A stretch of 64,000 nucleotides of DNA from an uncultured Gammaproteobacteria bacterium (GCA_964565345.1 CAZMEQ010000004.1:2873-66872), one strand, 5' to 3'. Shown: positions 36,718-47,692, counted from the first letter of the stretch. The notes: generated by a model not told the origin, from the sequence alone. Translations and numbers: made by a program.

Positions 36718-36990
36718 CAGAAAAATCTTCAATTTACTGTAAGGGGTCCAGCTTGCCCCGCACTTTCGCTGAATGCGGATAGTGCGGGGAGATCGTGAGT
36801 TAAATCTTGTCTAATAGACTATAAGAGTGCGAAGTTCTAATAGCCCCCCCCAAAAAAAAATGTAAACCACGCAGATAAAAGGCGTGTTTTTTTGACTTAA
36901 ATAGTTTTGTACTGTCGGGATAAGTTTCTTTGAGTGGTGACTATTTTGTTGTATAATATATTTGGAGGATTTTAATCATTATTTTTGGAT

Positions 36991-37356
36991 ATGGCAAAAA
37001 ATATTTTAATTGCAGAAGACGAAAAGCCGATGGCAAAAGCTTTGGAATTAAAGTTGACTAAGGAGGGATTCAATGTATCTGTTGCGTACGATGGCGAAGA
37101 GGCCTTAAACTTAATCGCTAAAAAGAAATTTGACCTAATGCTCTTAGACATTATGATGCCTAAAGTGGATGGTTTTTCGGTTCTGACGAAGTTAAACGAA
37201 GAGAAGCTTAAGCTCCCCGTTATAGTAAGTTCCAATTTAAGCCAAGTCGAAGATATAGAGAGAGCCAAGTCCTTAGGCGCAGTTGATTTTTTAGTCAAAT
37301 CTAATGTTACCCTGGCTGAAATTATTCAAAAAATTAAAGCTATTTTAAAAATTTGA
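36991..37356 (+). CDS. Single-domain response regulator
   Basis: ILIAEDE, LLDIMMP, DG, GAVDFLVK. Confidence 0.92.
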   Translation: MAKNILIAEDEKPMAKALELKLTKEGFNVSVAYDGEEALNLIAKKKFDLMLLDIMMPKVDGFSVLTKLNEEKLKLPVIVSSNLSQVEDIERAKSLGAVDFLVKSNVTLAEIIQKIKAILKI

Positions 37357-37364
37357 TATAACAT

Positions 37365-39125
37365 ATGCTAGGAGGAAAAACAAAAACAAAGAAGAATGAT
37401 GTCGCTGTAAACCCAAAAAAGTTGGGCATAAAAAAAGGGGATAAACTAGAAAAAACAGAAGCCTCTTCAAAAACATTACCGTTGGATGATGTTGCTTTAC
37501 TCAAGGTTTTATTTGATGAAAGTTATATTGCTGAATCTGATTACGCTAAGGCTAGTGCTTATTTAAAAGAAAAACGCGGGACGCTCGCGGATTTTTTGTT
37601 GTCCTCGGGAATTTTGAACCGCGATTTATTGGGTCAGGCCCAGGCCGAGTATTATGGCCTTATGTATGCTGATTTGAATTCAACTAAGCCGACAGTGGAA
37701 CAAGTAAAAAAAATCCCACAAGATTTAGCTCTTAATAATTTAGTGGTTTTGTACAAAGAAGACGAGACGAGTGTTATTATTACAACCTCCAAACCATGGG
37801 TATTAGATTGGCAAATTAAGATTAAACCTCTTTTCCCTAAAAAGAAAATTGTAGTCGCTTTTTCTTTAAAAGAAGATATCGAGTCTGTATTAACGGCCTA
37901 CAGACAAGAATTGGATACTGAATTTTCAAAAATTATCACCACTGGAAATAAGATTGCACCCGAGATTGTAGAAACAATTTTTAAGGACGCTATTTTAAAT
38001 AGGTGCTCTGACATTCACTTTGAGCCTATGGTTGACGATGTAGTAGTCCGTTTTCGTTTAGATGGTGTCATGCAAAGTGTCGGTCGTCTACCAAAGGTAA
38101 CATATGCTAATGTTATAAATCGCATAAAGGTGTTAAGTAATCTTCGAATTGACGAACATTCCGCCGCTCAAGATGGAGCCATTCGTTTTGAGAGTGCTGA
38201 AACTGGAGCTGACATGCGTGTGTCTATAGTCCCTACTATGGAGGGGGAAAAGATAGTTATTCGTCTTTTGTCTCGTTATGTCAGTGGATTTTCATTGTCG
38301 GATTTGGGTTTATCAGAAGCCCAAAAAAATATTGTCACGCAAACCGCCGAAAAACCTTTTGGCATGATGCTTGTTGTTGGCCCCACTGGTTCAGGAAAAA
38401 CCACAACATTATATTCGTTACTAAAAATGGTTAACTCACCACGTGTAAATATTACAACCATCGAAGATCCGGTTGAGTATCGTATTGCTGGAGTTAACCA
38501 AATTCAAGTTAATTCCGCGACAAATTTAACTTTCGCTAAAGGGTTACGCTCCATCGTGCGTCAAGATCCCGATGTGATTTTGGTCGGAGAAATTCGTGAC
38601 CAAGAAACGGCCGAAATAGCAGTTAATGCCTCTTTGACCGGGCACCTCTTGCTTTCAACTTTCCATGCCAATGATGCAGCCAGCGCAATTCCACGCTTAT
38701 TAGATATGGGCGTTGAACCATTCTTAGTCGCCTCGACTCTTGAATTACTAATTGCCCAACGTTTAACTAGGAAAATTTGTGAAATGTGTCGTGTGGGTGA
38801 AGATGTTACCAAAAAAGACATTGAAGAAAAATATGGACGTGTGGCTGAATTCATTACAGAGTCTAAATTAACGCTTTACCGTGGCCGAGGTTGCGAAATG
38901 TGTAATCATACTGGGTATCATGGACGCACGGCTATTTTCGAAATGATTGAAATCACGCCTGAGATGGAAGACTTAATTATGAAAAATCCATCTAGTAAAG
39001 AAATTTGGTCCTTGGCGCGATCACAAGGTGCAAAGACCTTATTTGAGGATGGTCTTTATAAAGTGAAGGCCGGTCAAACAACAATCGAAGAAGTTTTACG
39101 TGTCGCTGAACCGCCAATTTTATAA
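37365..39125 (+). CDS. pilB: Type IV pilus/T2SS assembly ATPase PilB/GspE
   Basis: SDIHFEP, GPTGSGKTTT, TIEDPVEY, RQDPDVILVGEIRD, CxxC pair. Confidence 0.93.
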   Translation: MLGGKTKTKKNDVAVNPKKLGIKKGDKLEKTEASSKTLPLDDVALLKVLFDESYIAESDYAKASAYLKEKRGTLADFLLSSGILNRDLLGQAQAEYYGLMYADLNSTKPTVEQVKKIPQDLALNNLVVLYKEDETSVIITTSKPWVLDWQIKIKPLFPKKKIVVAFSLKEDIESVLTAYRQELDTEFSKIITTGNKIAPEIVETIFKDAILNRCSDIHFEPMVDDVVVRFRLDGVMQSVGRLPKVTYANVINRIKVLSNLRIDEHSAAQDGAIRFESAETGADMRVSIVPTMEGEKIVIRLLSRYVSGFSLSDLGLSEAQKNIVTQTAEKPFGMMLVVGPTGSGKTTTLYSLLKMVNSPRVNITTIEDPVEYRIAGVNQIQVNSATNLTFAKGLRSIVRQDPDVILVGEIRDQETAEIAVNASLTGHLLLSTFHANDAASAIPRLLDMGVEPFLVASTLELLIAQRLTRKICEMCRVGEDVTKKDIEEKYGRVAEFITESKLTLYRGRGCEMCNHTGYHGRTAIFEMIEITPEMEDLIMKNPSSKEIWSLARSQGAKTLFEDGLYKVKAGQTTIEEVLRVAEPPIL

Positions 39126-39127
39126 AT

Positions 39128-40228
39128 ATGGAAAAAAATAGGAGCAGTTTTTTATCTCAAATAAATTTACGTCTTAATACTTTGTTCTCTGCCAAAGAGA
39201 AGGATGTTATTTTTGAAAATTTGGCCATGTTGATTGGAGCTGGGCTAGAAGTTTCTTTATCATTGGGCGCATTGGCAAAAGAAATTCGCAACAAGCATTT
39301 ACAGAAAGTTGTTTTGCAAATTAAAGACGATATTCAGGGGGGCAGTCATTTGTGGGAGGCCTTTAGTATTAGTGGGTTATTTCCAGAGTATGTTTTAGCG
39401 CTTATCCGGGTGGGGGAAGAGTCTGGACAGCTCAAGGAAAAGCTGCAAATTATTGCCGAACAGCAAAAAAAGCAACGAATTCTTAGGTCTCGAATTAAAT
39501 CAGCACTCAGCTATCCAATTCTTATTATAATTTTAACCTTTATAGTTGGTATAGGCATAAGTTGGTTTATATTGCCACGCTTTGTTTCTATTTTTAAAAT
39601 GATGAATCGCGAATTGCCAGTTTTAACTAAAGGGCTGGTTGCGAGTGGCCAATTTTTTGCTACCTATGGTGTTATTTTTGTCCCAACTTTGGCTTTGTTG
39701 CTCATGATAATTTGTTATTTTCTATTTTTATTCCCTAAGACGCGATTTTCGGGGCAATGGATTTTAGCGCATTTACCAGTCTCTAAGAGATTGTTACAGG
39801 AGGTTGAACTGTCACGTTTTGGATATAATTTGGGCACTTTAATTAAAGCCGGCTTACCTCTGACGACCGCACTTTCGGCAATTGTCAATGTTACCTCAAT
39901 TGTAAGTTATAAAAAGTTTTATAAATATTTAAGAGAAAAAATTGAGGAGGGTTGGTCCTTTGCTCATTGTTTTTCTGACTATAAAGGTAGTGAAAAACTA
40001 GTGCCAGCATCTATCCAGCAAATTATAGTCTCTGGTGAAGAATCAGCCTCCTTGGCGAATAGCTTGGTTGATATTGGAAATATTTATGAAACAAAAACAG
40101 ATATTACAGCCAAAAATTTAACTACTCTTTTAGAGCCAATTTTATTAATTATTATTGGTTTGGGGATTATGGGGGTAGCGCTGGCAATAATAAGCCCAAT
40201 TTATGGCTTGATGGGTAATTTGCAATAA
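39128..40228 (+). CDS. pilC: Platform protein PilC/GspF
   Basis: GEESGQL, ALSYP, LLEPIL. Confidence 0.9.
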   Translation: MEKNRSSFLSQINLRLNTLFSAKEKDVIFENLAMLIGAGLEVSLSLGALAKEIRNKHLQKVVLQIKDDIQGGSHLWEAFSISGLFPEYVLALIRVGEESGQLKEKLQIIAEQQKKQRILRSRIKSALSYPILIIILTFIVGIGISWFILPRFVSIFKMMNRELPVLTKGLVASGQFFATYGVIFVPTLALLLMIICYFLFLFPKTRFSGQWILAHLPVSKRLLQEVELSRFGYNLGTLIKAGLPLTTALSAIVNVTSIVSYKKFYKYLREKIEEGWSFAHCFSDYKGSEKLVPASIQQIIVSGEESASLANSLVDIGNIYETKTDITAKNLTTLLEPILLIIIGLGIMGVALAIISPIYGLMGNLQ

Positions 40229-40229
40229 C

Positions 40230-40676
40230 ATGCACTCCAAAATAACGAAAAAGGGATTTACTTTAATTGAGGCAATAGTAGTTATTGCCTTAATTAGTCT
40301 TTTAGCTGGTCTTTCCATTCCCTTTTACGCTGATATTTTAAGCCGTAACGAAATTTTTGTGGCCACTGACGCTACTATTAGAACCTTGCGCCGGGCACAG
40401 ATATTGGCACGGGGTGTTGCGGCGGATAATAGTTGGTCCGTTAAATTAAACGATGGTCTGATTCGTTTATACAAGGGTAATGACTACGATACGCGAGACA
40501 CACAATACGACGAAGATATTGATTTAAACGATAAAACAATGTTTTCGGGCAATACAGACATAAATTTTTCTAAATTTTACGGGATTCCAAGTGTTACAGG
40601 TATAACAACAATTACTGGGCCAGATGGTTCAACTAGAAATTTAACTTTGAATAGTTGGGGATTCATTGATTATTAA
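40230..40676 (+). CDS. Minor type IV pilin (FimT/FimU-like)
   Basis: KKG|FTLIE prepilin motif. Confidence 0.85.
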   Translation: MHSKITKKGFTLIEAIVVIALISLLAGLSIPFYADILSRNEIFVATDATIRTLRRAQILARGVAADNSWSVKLNDGLIRLYKGNDYDTRDTQYDEDIDLNDKTMFSGNTDINFSKFYGIPSVTGITTITGPDGSTRNLTLNSWGFIDY

Positions 40677-40678
40677 AA

Positions 40679-42427
40679 ATGGCAACTCAATTAAAAAATA
40701 ATCTAGGATTTAGTTTTGTCGAGGCAATTTTGGCCATTGCTTTGTTTGGTTTAATTGCCACCGGTTTAGTTGGAGCCTTAATCTCCGGCTATTTTGATGT
40801 TTTTTTGGCTGGGGGGAATCAGCGCGCTACGCTTTTGGCCGAAGAGGGCTTAGAGGCCGCACGCAATATTCGAGATTCTGGCTATGGCAATTTAGCGGTA
40901 GGCACTCATGGTATAGGAGTTAGTGGAAATAATTATGTTTTTAGTGGGGCAAGTGATGTTGTTGATGGCTATACACGGCAGGTTGTTGTTACAGCCCCCT
41001 CAGCCAATAGAAAGTTAGTGACAAGCACAGTTAGTTGGGTGCAACAAGAAGGCCGGAATGGCACAGTAACTGTTTCCACCTACTTAAATAACTGGCAAGC
41101 AGTTACAGGGACAAAAAAAGGTCTTTTAGTTTATGGGGAGGGTGGATTGGCTTCAGATACTATCCGCTATCGTGTTTTGAATTCGTCGGGGAGTTGGGGT
41201 GTTGTTGGAACAGCGGCTGATATTGATGGTTTATCTACAAATCGTGCTTTGCGCGTAGCTAATTTGTATGCCTCTGCTACGCGAGACGAAAAGATTTTAA
41301 TTTCTAAACATTACGCTACTGCGACCACAACACAATATATTTATGCGCAAGTTTTTAATGGAACCACTTGGGGTAATGTTATAAATTTAACCAGCTATAC
41401 TTCGGCTACTAATATTGATGTTAAAAATTTTGGTGGGGCTTATTTGAATAATGGCGATTTTATGCTTGTTTATTCTGATAATGCTACTAATATTCCTAAA
41501 TTTGTAACTTGGAATGGGACCACTTGGGCGGCGGCTCAAAATACTCAAAATATTGGCGGTATTGCACGTGCCATTGTTGTTAAAGCACGACCAGCTACCA
41601 ATGAAGTAATGGCTGTATTCTTTGATTCAGCAAACGATACTAACTCCTTATATTTTAATGGGGGAGCCTATGCGCCGGCCAGTTGGACAGGTTTAACAGA
41701 GCATGGGATTAATGCTCCTTCTACAAATAAGGCTTTGATAGATTTTGAGTGGAGCGTTAACACTCCTACTTTTGGTGGTTTAATTTATACTAATAATCGC
41801 ACTGAAAGAAGTTTTCGTTTAAGAGAATTTACTGCAGATGGCGCGGGTAGTGGTGTTTGGGGTGCGGTGGCTAATGCCACTAATCAGCCAGCAGGTCGTA
41901 ATATTGGAACTATGCGGCTTTCAGCACGAGCCGGTGCAAATGAATTTTTAGCTTGTAATAAAGATCAAAATGCTGCGCCACAAATTCGTTGTTATGAAGG
42001 GGATCACACTCCAGCCTGGATTAATCCAACGAATCAAAATTTAGGTTCAACAGACACCGGCATTCAAAGAAGCTTTGATTTGGCATACGAAAAATCAGGG
42101 ACAGATGCTTTGGTTATTTATTCTGACACAACCACAGTCCCTAAATTAAAAAAATATAACCCGAGTACAAATACGTTTGATATTGCAGCTACTAATTTAA
42201 CGGCAATGACAGCTGCGGTAGAAACAGTCAAGTTAATTCCGTCTCCAGATGCAGATGATATTATGGTTTTAATTGGGGATACGGCTCAAAACTTGCGTTC
42301 CGAAGTCTGGAATGGCGCAACTAATTCATTTTATGTAACTCCATCGGGCTGGGCTGCTACCACCCAAGGAACTAGCGGTTCATCTGATGAAGATTATTGG
42401 TATGATTTTGTCTGGGATAAATTTTAA
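40679..42427 (+). CDS. Large minor pilin with extended beta-rich C-terminal domain
   Basis: G|FSFVE, LAEEGLEAARNIRD, ~440-aa Thr/Asn/Gly-rich extension with recurring WNG/FNG motifs. Confidence 0.8.
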   Translation: MATQLKNNLGFSFVEAILAIALFGLIATGLVGALISGYFDVFLAGGNQRATLLAEEGLEAARNIRDSGYGNLAVGTHGIGVSGNNYVFSGASDVVDGYTRQVVVTAPSANRKLVTSTVSWVQQEGRNGTVTVSTYLNNWQAVTGTKKGLLVYGEGGLASDTIRYRVLNSSGSWGVVGTAADIDGLSTNRALRVANLYASATRDEKILISKHYATATTTQYIYAQVFNGTTWGNVINLTSYTSATNIDVKNFGGAYLNNGDFMLVYSDNATNIPKFVTWNGTTWAAAQNTQNIGGIARAIVVKARPATNEVMAVFFDSANDTNSLYFNGGAYAPASWTGLTEHGINAPSTNKALIDFEWSVNTPTFGGLIYTNNRTERSFRLREFTADGAGSGVWGAVANATNQPAGRNIGTMRLSARAGANEFLACNKDQNAAPQIRCYEGDHTPAWINPTNQNLGSTDTGIQRSFDLAYEKSGTDALVIYSDTTTVPKLKKYNPSTNTFDIAATNLTAMTAAVETVKLIPSPDADDIMVLIGDTAQNLRSEVWNGATNSFYVTPSGWAATTQGTSGSSDEDYWYDFVWDKF

Positions 42428-42932
42428 AAAGCAACGCAAGGCTTTTACTCTGGTTGAAGCCTTAGTATATATTACGTTAATGTCTATCACTTTGGTGAGT
42501 ATTGTGACATTAATGTATTGGATTTTGGATAGTCGATCTAAAACTCAAGTTATAGCTGAAGTAGAATCGCAATCGGTTTTGGCTATTGATGAAATCAGCC
42601 AAAGAATTCGTAATGCCACGGGCATTAATAGCCCCACACCTGGTAATAGCTCAAGTACGTTGTCGTTGGTTGTTTCGGACGGAGCTAAAAACCCAACGAT
42701 AATTGATTTGTCGGCGGGGGTTATACGAATTAAAGAAGGTGTTAGCTCGGAGGTTCCAATTACCACGGCACGTTTAAGCATTACTAATTTAACCTTTCAG
42801 AATGTTACGCGGGTTGGTACTCCAGGGAGTATGAAAATTAATTTTACTACTTCTTATGTGAATCCTGCAAATACAAAAGTTTTTGATTATTCCAAAAATT
42901 ACTATTTTGCCGCCAATCCACGCGGTTATTAA
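42387..42932 (+). CDS. Minor pilin (PilW-like); start uncertain
   Basis: RKA|FTLVE motif. Confidence 0.8.
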   Translation: MKIIGMILSGINFKKQRKAFTLVEALVYITLMSITLVSIVTLMYWILDSRSKTQVIAEVESQSVLAIDEISQRIRNATGINSPTPGNSSSTLSLVVSDGAKNPTIIDLSAGVIRIKEGVSSEVPITTARLSITNLTFQNVTRVGTPGSMKINFTTSYVNPANTKVFDYSKNYYFAANPRGY

Positions 42933-42934
42933 AT

Positions 42935-43324
42935 ATGGTTAAGTCGGGTTTTGTTTTATTAATAAGCGTCCTTATCATAGGAGCAGTGGGACTAAGTGTT
43001 GCTTCAACTTTTTTGTTGCTGGGTGTTGATGCTACGCGGACGGGTTTAGATTTTATTCAAAGCAAAAAGGCGCGCGCCTTGGCTGATGCCTGCGCGGAGG
43101 AGGCCTTGGAAAAAATTTGGGAATCAACAGCTTATTCTGGCTCGGGCAATTTAACTATAGGCTCTGAAACGTGTATGTACACTGTTATTGATTTGGGTGG
43201 ATCTAACCGACAGATTAATGCCTCCGGAGTGGTTTCTTCGGCCACACGTAAAGTAAAAATACTAATAAATCAGATAAATCCTAGCATCGGAGTAAGCTCT
43301 TGGCAGGAAGTCGCTGATTTTTAA
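42935..43324 (+). CDS. Minor pilin (PilX-like, no Glu5)
   Basis: KSG|FVLLI, ALADACAEEAL. Confidence 0.7.
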   Translation: MVKSGFVLLISVLIIGAVGLSVASTFLLLGVDATRTGLDFIQSKKARALADACAEEALEKIWESTAYSGSGNLTIGSETCMYTVIDLGGSNRQINASGVVSSATRKVKILINQINPSIGVSSWQEVADF

Positions 43325-43328
43325 AAAT

Positions 43329-44909
43329 ATGTTATTAACAAGCTATAATTTAAAAGTCTGGGCAGCGGTTATTTCGTTAGTGATCGTTATCTTGATGTCG
43401 GGTTTTGTATATTATCAATATCAAAACGAATTAGCCTTAGCTCGTTCTGCTGCGCAAGAACTTGATCAAGAAATTTTAAGGTCTGTTACTACTGTCCCGG
43501 CCGATATTTTGAATAGGGTTTTTTCGGATGTGAAAACAATTTCACAATTACCAGCGTTCAAAGAGTATCTGGCGGACCCAGCTCCAGTTAATGCCCAAAG
43601 AGTAGCCGATATTTTTGTGGCTTTTAGCCAGAACAAAAAAGTATACGATCAAATACGCTTTATTGATGATAGCGGACAAGAAAAAATTAGAGTTAACAAC
43701 ACTCTAGGTAAGGGAGAGATTATCCCCGAAGAAAAACTGCAAAATAAAAAAGGTCGGTACTATTTTGACGAAGCATACGCTTTATCTGAAGGACAAATTT
43801 ATGTTTCGCCTTTAGATTTAAATGTAGAACAAAATAAAGTCGAGGAGCCATATAAACCAATGTTACGTATTGCCACGCCTGTTTTTGAGCAGGGCGAGAA
43901 AAAGGGGATTTTGATTATTAATTTTTTGGCGCAGGAGCTTATCGCGGAATTGGAGAAAAGAATCCAATTTAATGCTGATACTAGTCCAATCTCGCTGAAT
44001 TTTATAAATCGTGATGGGTATTGGTTTTTTGGTGTGCCAGACGAAAAACTTTGGGGCTTTATGTTTGATGGAAGAAAGGATGAGTCTGTAGCAAAAATTA
44101 ATCCGGAACTTTGGACTATTATGGAGAGTAGCACTGCTGGTCATTATTATGCTGGTCCGGGGCTTTATTCGTATGTTGAGTTAACTCAGCCAGAAGTAAT
44201 TAATCAAAAATGGAGACTTTATTTGTTTGACCCTAATTACAATATTTATAAAATAGCTAATTGGGATAACAAAAAATTACTTTTGGCTTTCGTTGTTTTG
44301 TTGTTAATCTTTGTTGCCCTTAATGTAATTTTTTCATTCATTATTAATCGAGCGAGACGCGTTAAAGAAGCTCAAATTGAAGCCGAGAACTTATATCGCA
44401 ATTTATATGAAAATTCGGCTGACTCTATTATGTTAATAGCTCCACCGAACTGGAATTTCATTTCTGGTAATAAAGCTACCTTAGATATGTTTGGTTGCCA
44501 AACAAAGGAGGAGTTTTTACGTTTTACACCAGAGCAGCTGTCTCCAGAAAAGCAAAACGACGGACAAAGTTCAAAAAAGAAAGCCAAAGAAATGATTGAT
44601 CAAGCTTTAGCCAAGGGGACGGTATCCTTTGAGTGGACCCATCAAACAATAGCGGGCAAACTTTTTCTCGCACATGTGACATTGGGTAAAGTGCTTGTTG
44701 GAGATAAAACCATGGTTCAGGCAGTTGTTAGAGATATTACCCAGGAAAAAGAGCTTAGTGCTATTAAAGAAAAACAAGAGGAAAAAGTAAAATTAGCTTT
44801 GAGCGAAGCAGAGCGTTTTAATAAACTTATGGTTGGGAGAGAGATGGAAATGATTGCTTTAAAAAAAGAATTAGCAGCTCTTCGTGCTAATAAAGAAAAG
44901 AGTAATTAG
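43329..44909 (+). CDS. Membrane Cache + PAS sensor with no kinase domain
   Basis: Two TM helices, YDQIRFID/GRYYF Cache motifs, PAS ending RDIT, terminal coiled coil MVGREMEMIALKKE. Confidence 0.75.
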   Translation: MLLTSYNLKVWAAVISLVIVILMSGFVYYQYQNELALARSAAQELDQEILRSVTTVPADILNRVFSDVKTISQLPAFKEYLADPAPVNAQRVADIFVAFSQNKKVYDQIRFIDDSGQEKIRVNNTLGKGEIIPEEKLQNKKGRYYFDEAYALSEGQIYVSPLDLNVEQNKVEEPYKPMLRIATPVFEQGEKKGILIINFLAQELIAELEKRIQFNADTSPISLNFINRDGYWFFGVPDEKLWGFMFDGRKDESVAKINPELWTIMESSTAGHYYAGPGLYSYVELTQPEVINQKWRLYLFDPNYNIYKIANWDNKKLLLAFVVLLLIFVALNVIFSFIINRARRVKEAQIEAENLYRNLYENSADSIMLIAPPNWNFISGNKATLDMFGCQTKEEFLRFTPEQLSPEKQNDGQSSKKKAKEMIDQALAKGTVSFEWTHQTIAGKLFLAHVTLGKVLVGDKTMVQAVVRDITQEKELSAIKEKQEEKVKLALSEAERFNKLMVGREMEMIALKKELAALRANKEKSN

Positions 44910-44919
44910 AAATACAATT

Positions 44920-47682
44920 ATGACAATTAAGCGAAAAATACTTTTTAGCATTATTGCCCTCGGTTTAGTTGTTGGCGCAATGGGTAGCTTGGTTGTGTTC
45001 TCTTATGTTAATAATAACTTAACAACAAGGTTGTTAGAAAGCGCCCATGAACTAACTAAAGAGCAAGAGCACGAGGCCTCTGCTGTTTTTAATAATAGTA
45101 GCCTTTTTGCACATATGTTGGCTACTAGAACTCGTGTCAAAGAATATTTAGTCGATAAGTCCGAGGCCAGAAGATTTGAGTTAGATGGTATTTTTTATGA
45201 ATATGACCAAAATGACAGCAGAATTCAGGCTATATATTTATTAGATAAAGATGGAGATGCCTTAATTTCAACGGACAAAAGCTTTGTCGGGAAAAACTAT
45301 AGTTTCCGAGATTATTATAAAAAAGCTTTAATTGGGCAAGCTTCGGTCCACGCCTATATCGGGGTAACAAGCGAGGCTTTTGGTTATTATTTCTCTGAAC
45401 CTGTTTTGGATGCTAACAATCATTTGTTGGGAGTTTTAGTTATAAAAACGGATGGAACCGATATAATCGAATCTATAAAAGAGAGCCGTCTTGTTGTATA
45501 CGGCAACCTTATGTTGGCCGATGAGAATGGGGTTGTGGTAGCTTCCACTAAGAATGAACGATTTCTAAAAAGTCTTGGCCCATTACAAGAAGAAACACAA
45601 AAAAGTCTTAAAGAGAAAAACACCTATGGAGGCAGGGATATTTTGGGGATTCAATATCCAGATGTTTTAAAAGCAATTCAATTATATGGCGGGCCACAGA
45701 CAATTGAGCTGTTCGATGAAGAAGATGATGACAGAGAAATTTTTTATGTTCAAAAAATAGGGGATAAAAATTTTTATCTTGTATCCGAAATACAACTGGA
45801 ACAAATTGAGGCCGCTGTCATTACAACTACCGCCATTATTGTTTTCTTATTTTTGTTATTTATTGTCGTTTTGTCGGTAATCCTATATTTTGTACTTAGT
45901 TATTTATTGGCTCCGATTAAAAAAATAAAAGAAGTTACAGAGAGAATTAGCCAAGGGGACTATTCAAAACGAGTAGAAATAGAAACAAAAGATGAGTTCT
46001 TTGATTTTGCACAATCATTCAATTCAATGGTTGCAAATATCGAGAACGTCTATAGGGAAATTTCCAAGAAGGTCGAAGAGCAAACAGCTGAACTTAATGC
46101 GAATAACTCGGCTTTATCCGAACAACGTACGGCTATTTTGAATGTTTTAGAAGATGCTGAAGTTGCAAAAAAAATGGCCGAAGAGATAGCTCAAAAATTT
46201 TCCGTTATGGTAGCAAACCTCCCTGGTATTACTTACCGATGTTTATATGATAAAAACTGGAGTATGGTTTTTATTAGTGATTATATTCGGACATTAACTG
46301 GTTATTTGGCGGATGATCTTATTGCCAACCAAAAAATAGCTTACAACGATATTATTTTTTCTAAAGACAGAAAAAGAGTGTCGACGGTAATTAATGCAGC
46401 GGTAAAAGATAAAAAAGAGTGGAGCCTTGATTATAGAATTACAAGCAAAGAGGGCAATATTATTTGGGTCGCAGAATATGGTAGGGCGCTTTATGATGAA
46501 AGCGGGTCAGTGTTGTTTTTGGATGGAATTATCCTGGATATCACACAACAGAAAAAATTGGAGCAGGATCTTAGAGCTAAAAATTTTGATTTAGAAAAAT
46601 TTAAATTAGCTGTTGAGTTTTCTTCTAATCACATTGTGATTACCGATAAGGAGGGCATAATACTTTATGCAAATAAAGCGGCAGAAACAATTACAGGATT
46701 CCCGCTAAAGAAGATGCTTGGACAAAAGGTGGGGAATAAAAATCTTTGGGGCGGTAGAATGAGCAAAGAATTTTATGAAAACATGTGGAAAACCATTAAA
46801 ACAGAAAAGAAAATGTTCAATGGCGAAATAGAAAACATACGTGCTAATGGCGAAGTGTATATGGCATTCGCTAGTATTGCTCCTGTTTTAGATAAAAATC
46901 AAAACATTATTTTCTTTGTTGGTTTGGAGCGGGATATTACCAAAGAGAAAGAAGTTGATAGAGCCAAGACAGAATTTGTTTCATTGGCTTCTCATCAACT
47001 ACGAACCCCACTTTCTGCTATTAACTGGTATACCGAAATGCTCATGGATGGTGATGCGGGTAAGCTTAATAAGAATCAAAAACAATATTTAGCCGAAATT
47101 TACAATGGTAATCAACGAATGGTAAGCTTGGTTAATTCGTTATTAAATGTGTCGCGCTTGGAATTAGGTACCTTTATGATAGAGCCTGTTCCTACTGACC
47201 TTTTTGCTTTGTGTGATGGTGTAATTAAAGAAATGCAACCACGGGTGGAGGCCCAAAAGTTACAGATTAAGAAAAAATATGACAAGAATATTAAAGAGTT
47301 AATGTTAGATCCTAATTTAATAAGAATTGTTTTACAAAATCTTATTTCCAACGCTGTTAAATATACTGGTGAAAAGGGCTTAATAGACATCTCGATCGGT
47401 AAAGAAAAAGAAATGATTGTTATTAGTGTAAAGGACACAGGATTAGGAATTCCCGAAAACCAGAAAGATAAAATTTTTACTCGTTTGTTTAGAGCAGATA
47501 ATGTCCGTAAAACAGCAATTGAGGGTACTGGGTTGGGACTATATATAATAAAGTCGATTATGGAAAATATAGGTGGCAGTATAAGTTTTGAATCGCAAGA
47601 GAATAAGGGAACCACCTTTATTGTTAAGTTTCCGGCTAAGGGAATGAGCAAAAAAACAGGTACAAAAAAGTTAGATTCATAA
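44920..47682 (+). CDS. Cache-HAMP-PAS-PAS sensor histidine kinase
   Basis: ASHQLRTPL H-box, NLISNAVKY, DTGLGIP, GTGLGL. Confidence 0.95.
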   Translation: MTIKRKILFSIIALGLVVGAMGSLVVFSYVNNNLTTRLLESAHELTKEQEHEASAVFNNSSLFAHMLATRTRVKEYLVDKSEARRFELDGIFYEYDQNDSRIQAIYLLDKDGDALISTDKSFVGKNYSFRDYYKKALIGQASVHAYIGVTSEAFGYYFSEPVLDANNHLLGVLVIKTDGTDIIESIKESRLVVYGNLMLADENGVVVASTKNERFLKSLGPLQEETQKSLKEKNTYGGRDILGIQYPDVLKAIQLYGGPQTIELFDEEDDDREIFYVQKIGDKNFYLVSEIQLEQIEAAVITTTAIIVFLFLLFIVVLSVILYFVLSYLLAPIKKIKEVTERISQGDYSKRVEIETKDEFFDFAQSFNSMVANIENVYREISKKVEEQTAELNANNSALSEQRTAILNVLEDAEVAKKMAEEIAQKFSVMVANLPGITYRCLYDKNWSMVFISDYIRTLTGYLADDLIANQKIAYNDIIFSKDRKRVSTVINAAVKDKKEWSLDYRITSKEGNIIWVAEYGRALYDESGSVLFLDGIILDITQQKKLEQDLRAKNFDLEKFKLAVEFSSNHIVITDKEGIILYANKAAETITGFPLKKMLGQKVGNKNLWGGRMSKEFYENMWKTIKTEKKMFNGEIENIRANGEVYMAFASIAPVLDKNQNIIFFVGLERDITKEKEVDRAKTEFVSLASHQLRTPLSAINWYTEMLMDGDAGKLNKNQKQYLAEIYNGNQRMVSLVNSLLNVSRLELGTFMIEPVPTDLFALCDGVIKEMQPRVEAQKLQIKKKYDKNIKELMLDPNLIRIVLQNLISNAVKYTGEKGLIDISIGKEKEMIVISVKDTGLGIPENQKDKIFTRLFRADNVRKTAIEGTGLGLYIIKSIMENIGGSISFESQENKGTTFIVKFPAKGMSKKTGTKKLDS

Positions 47683-47692
47683 ATAAATTTAT

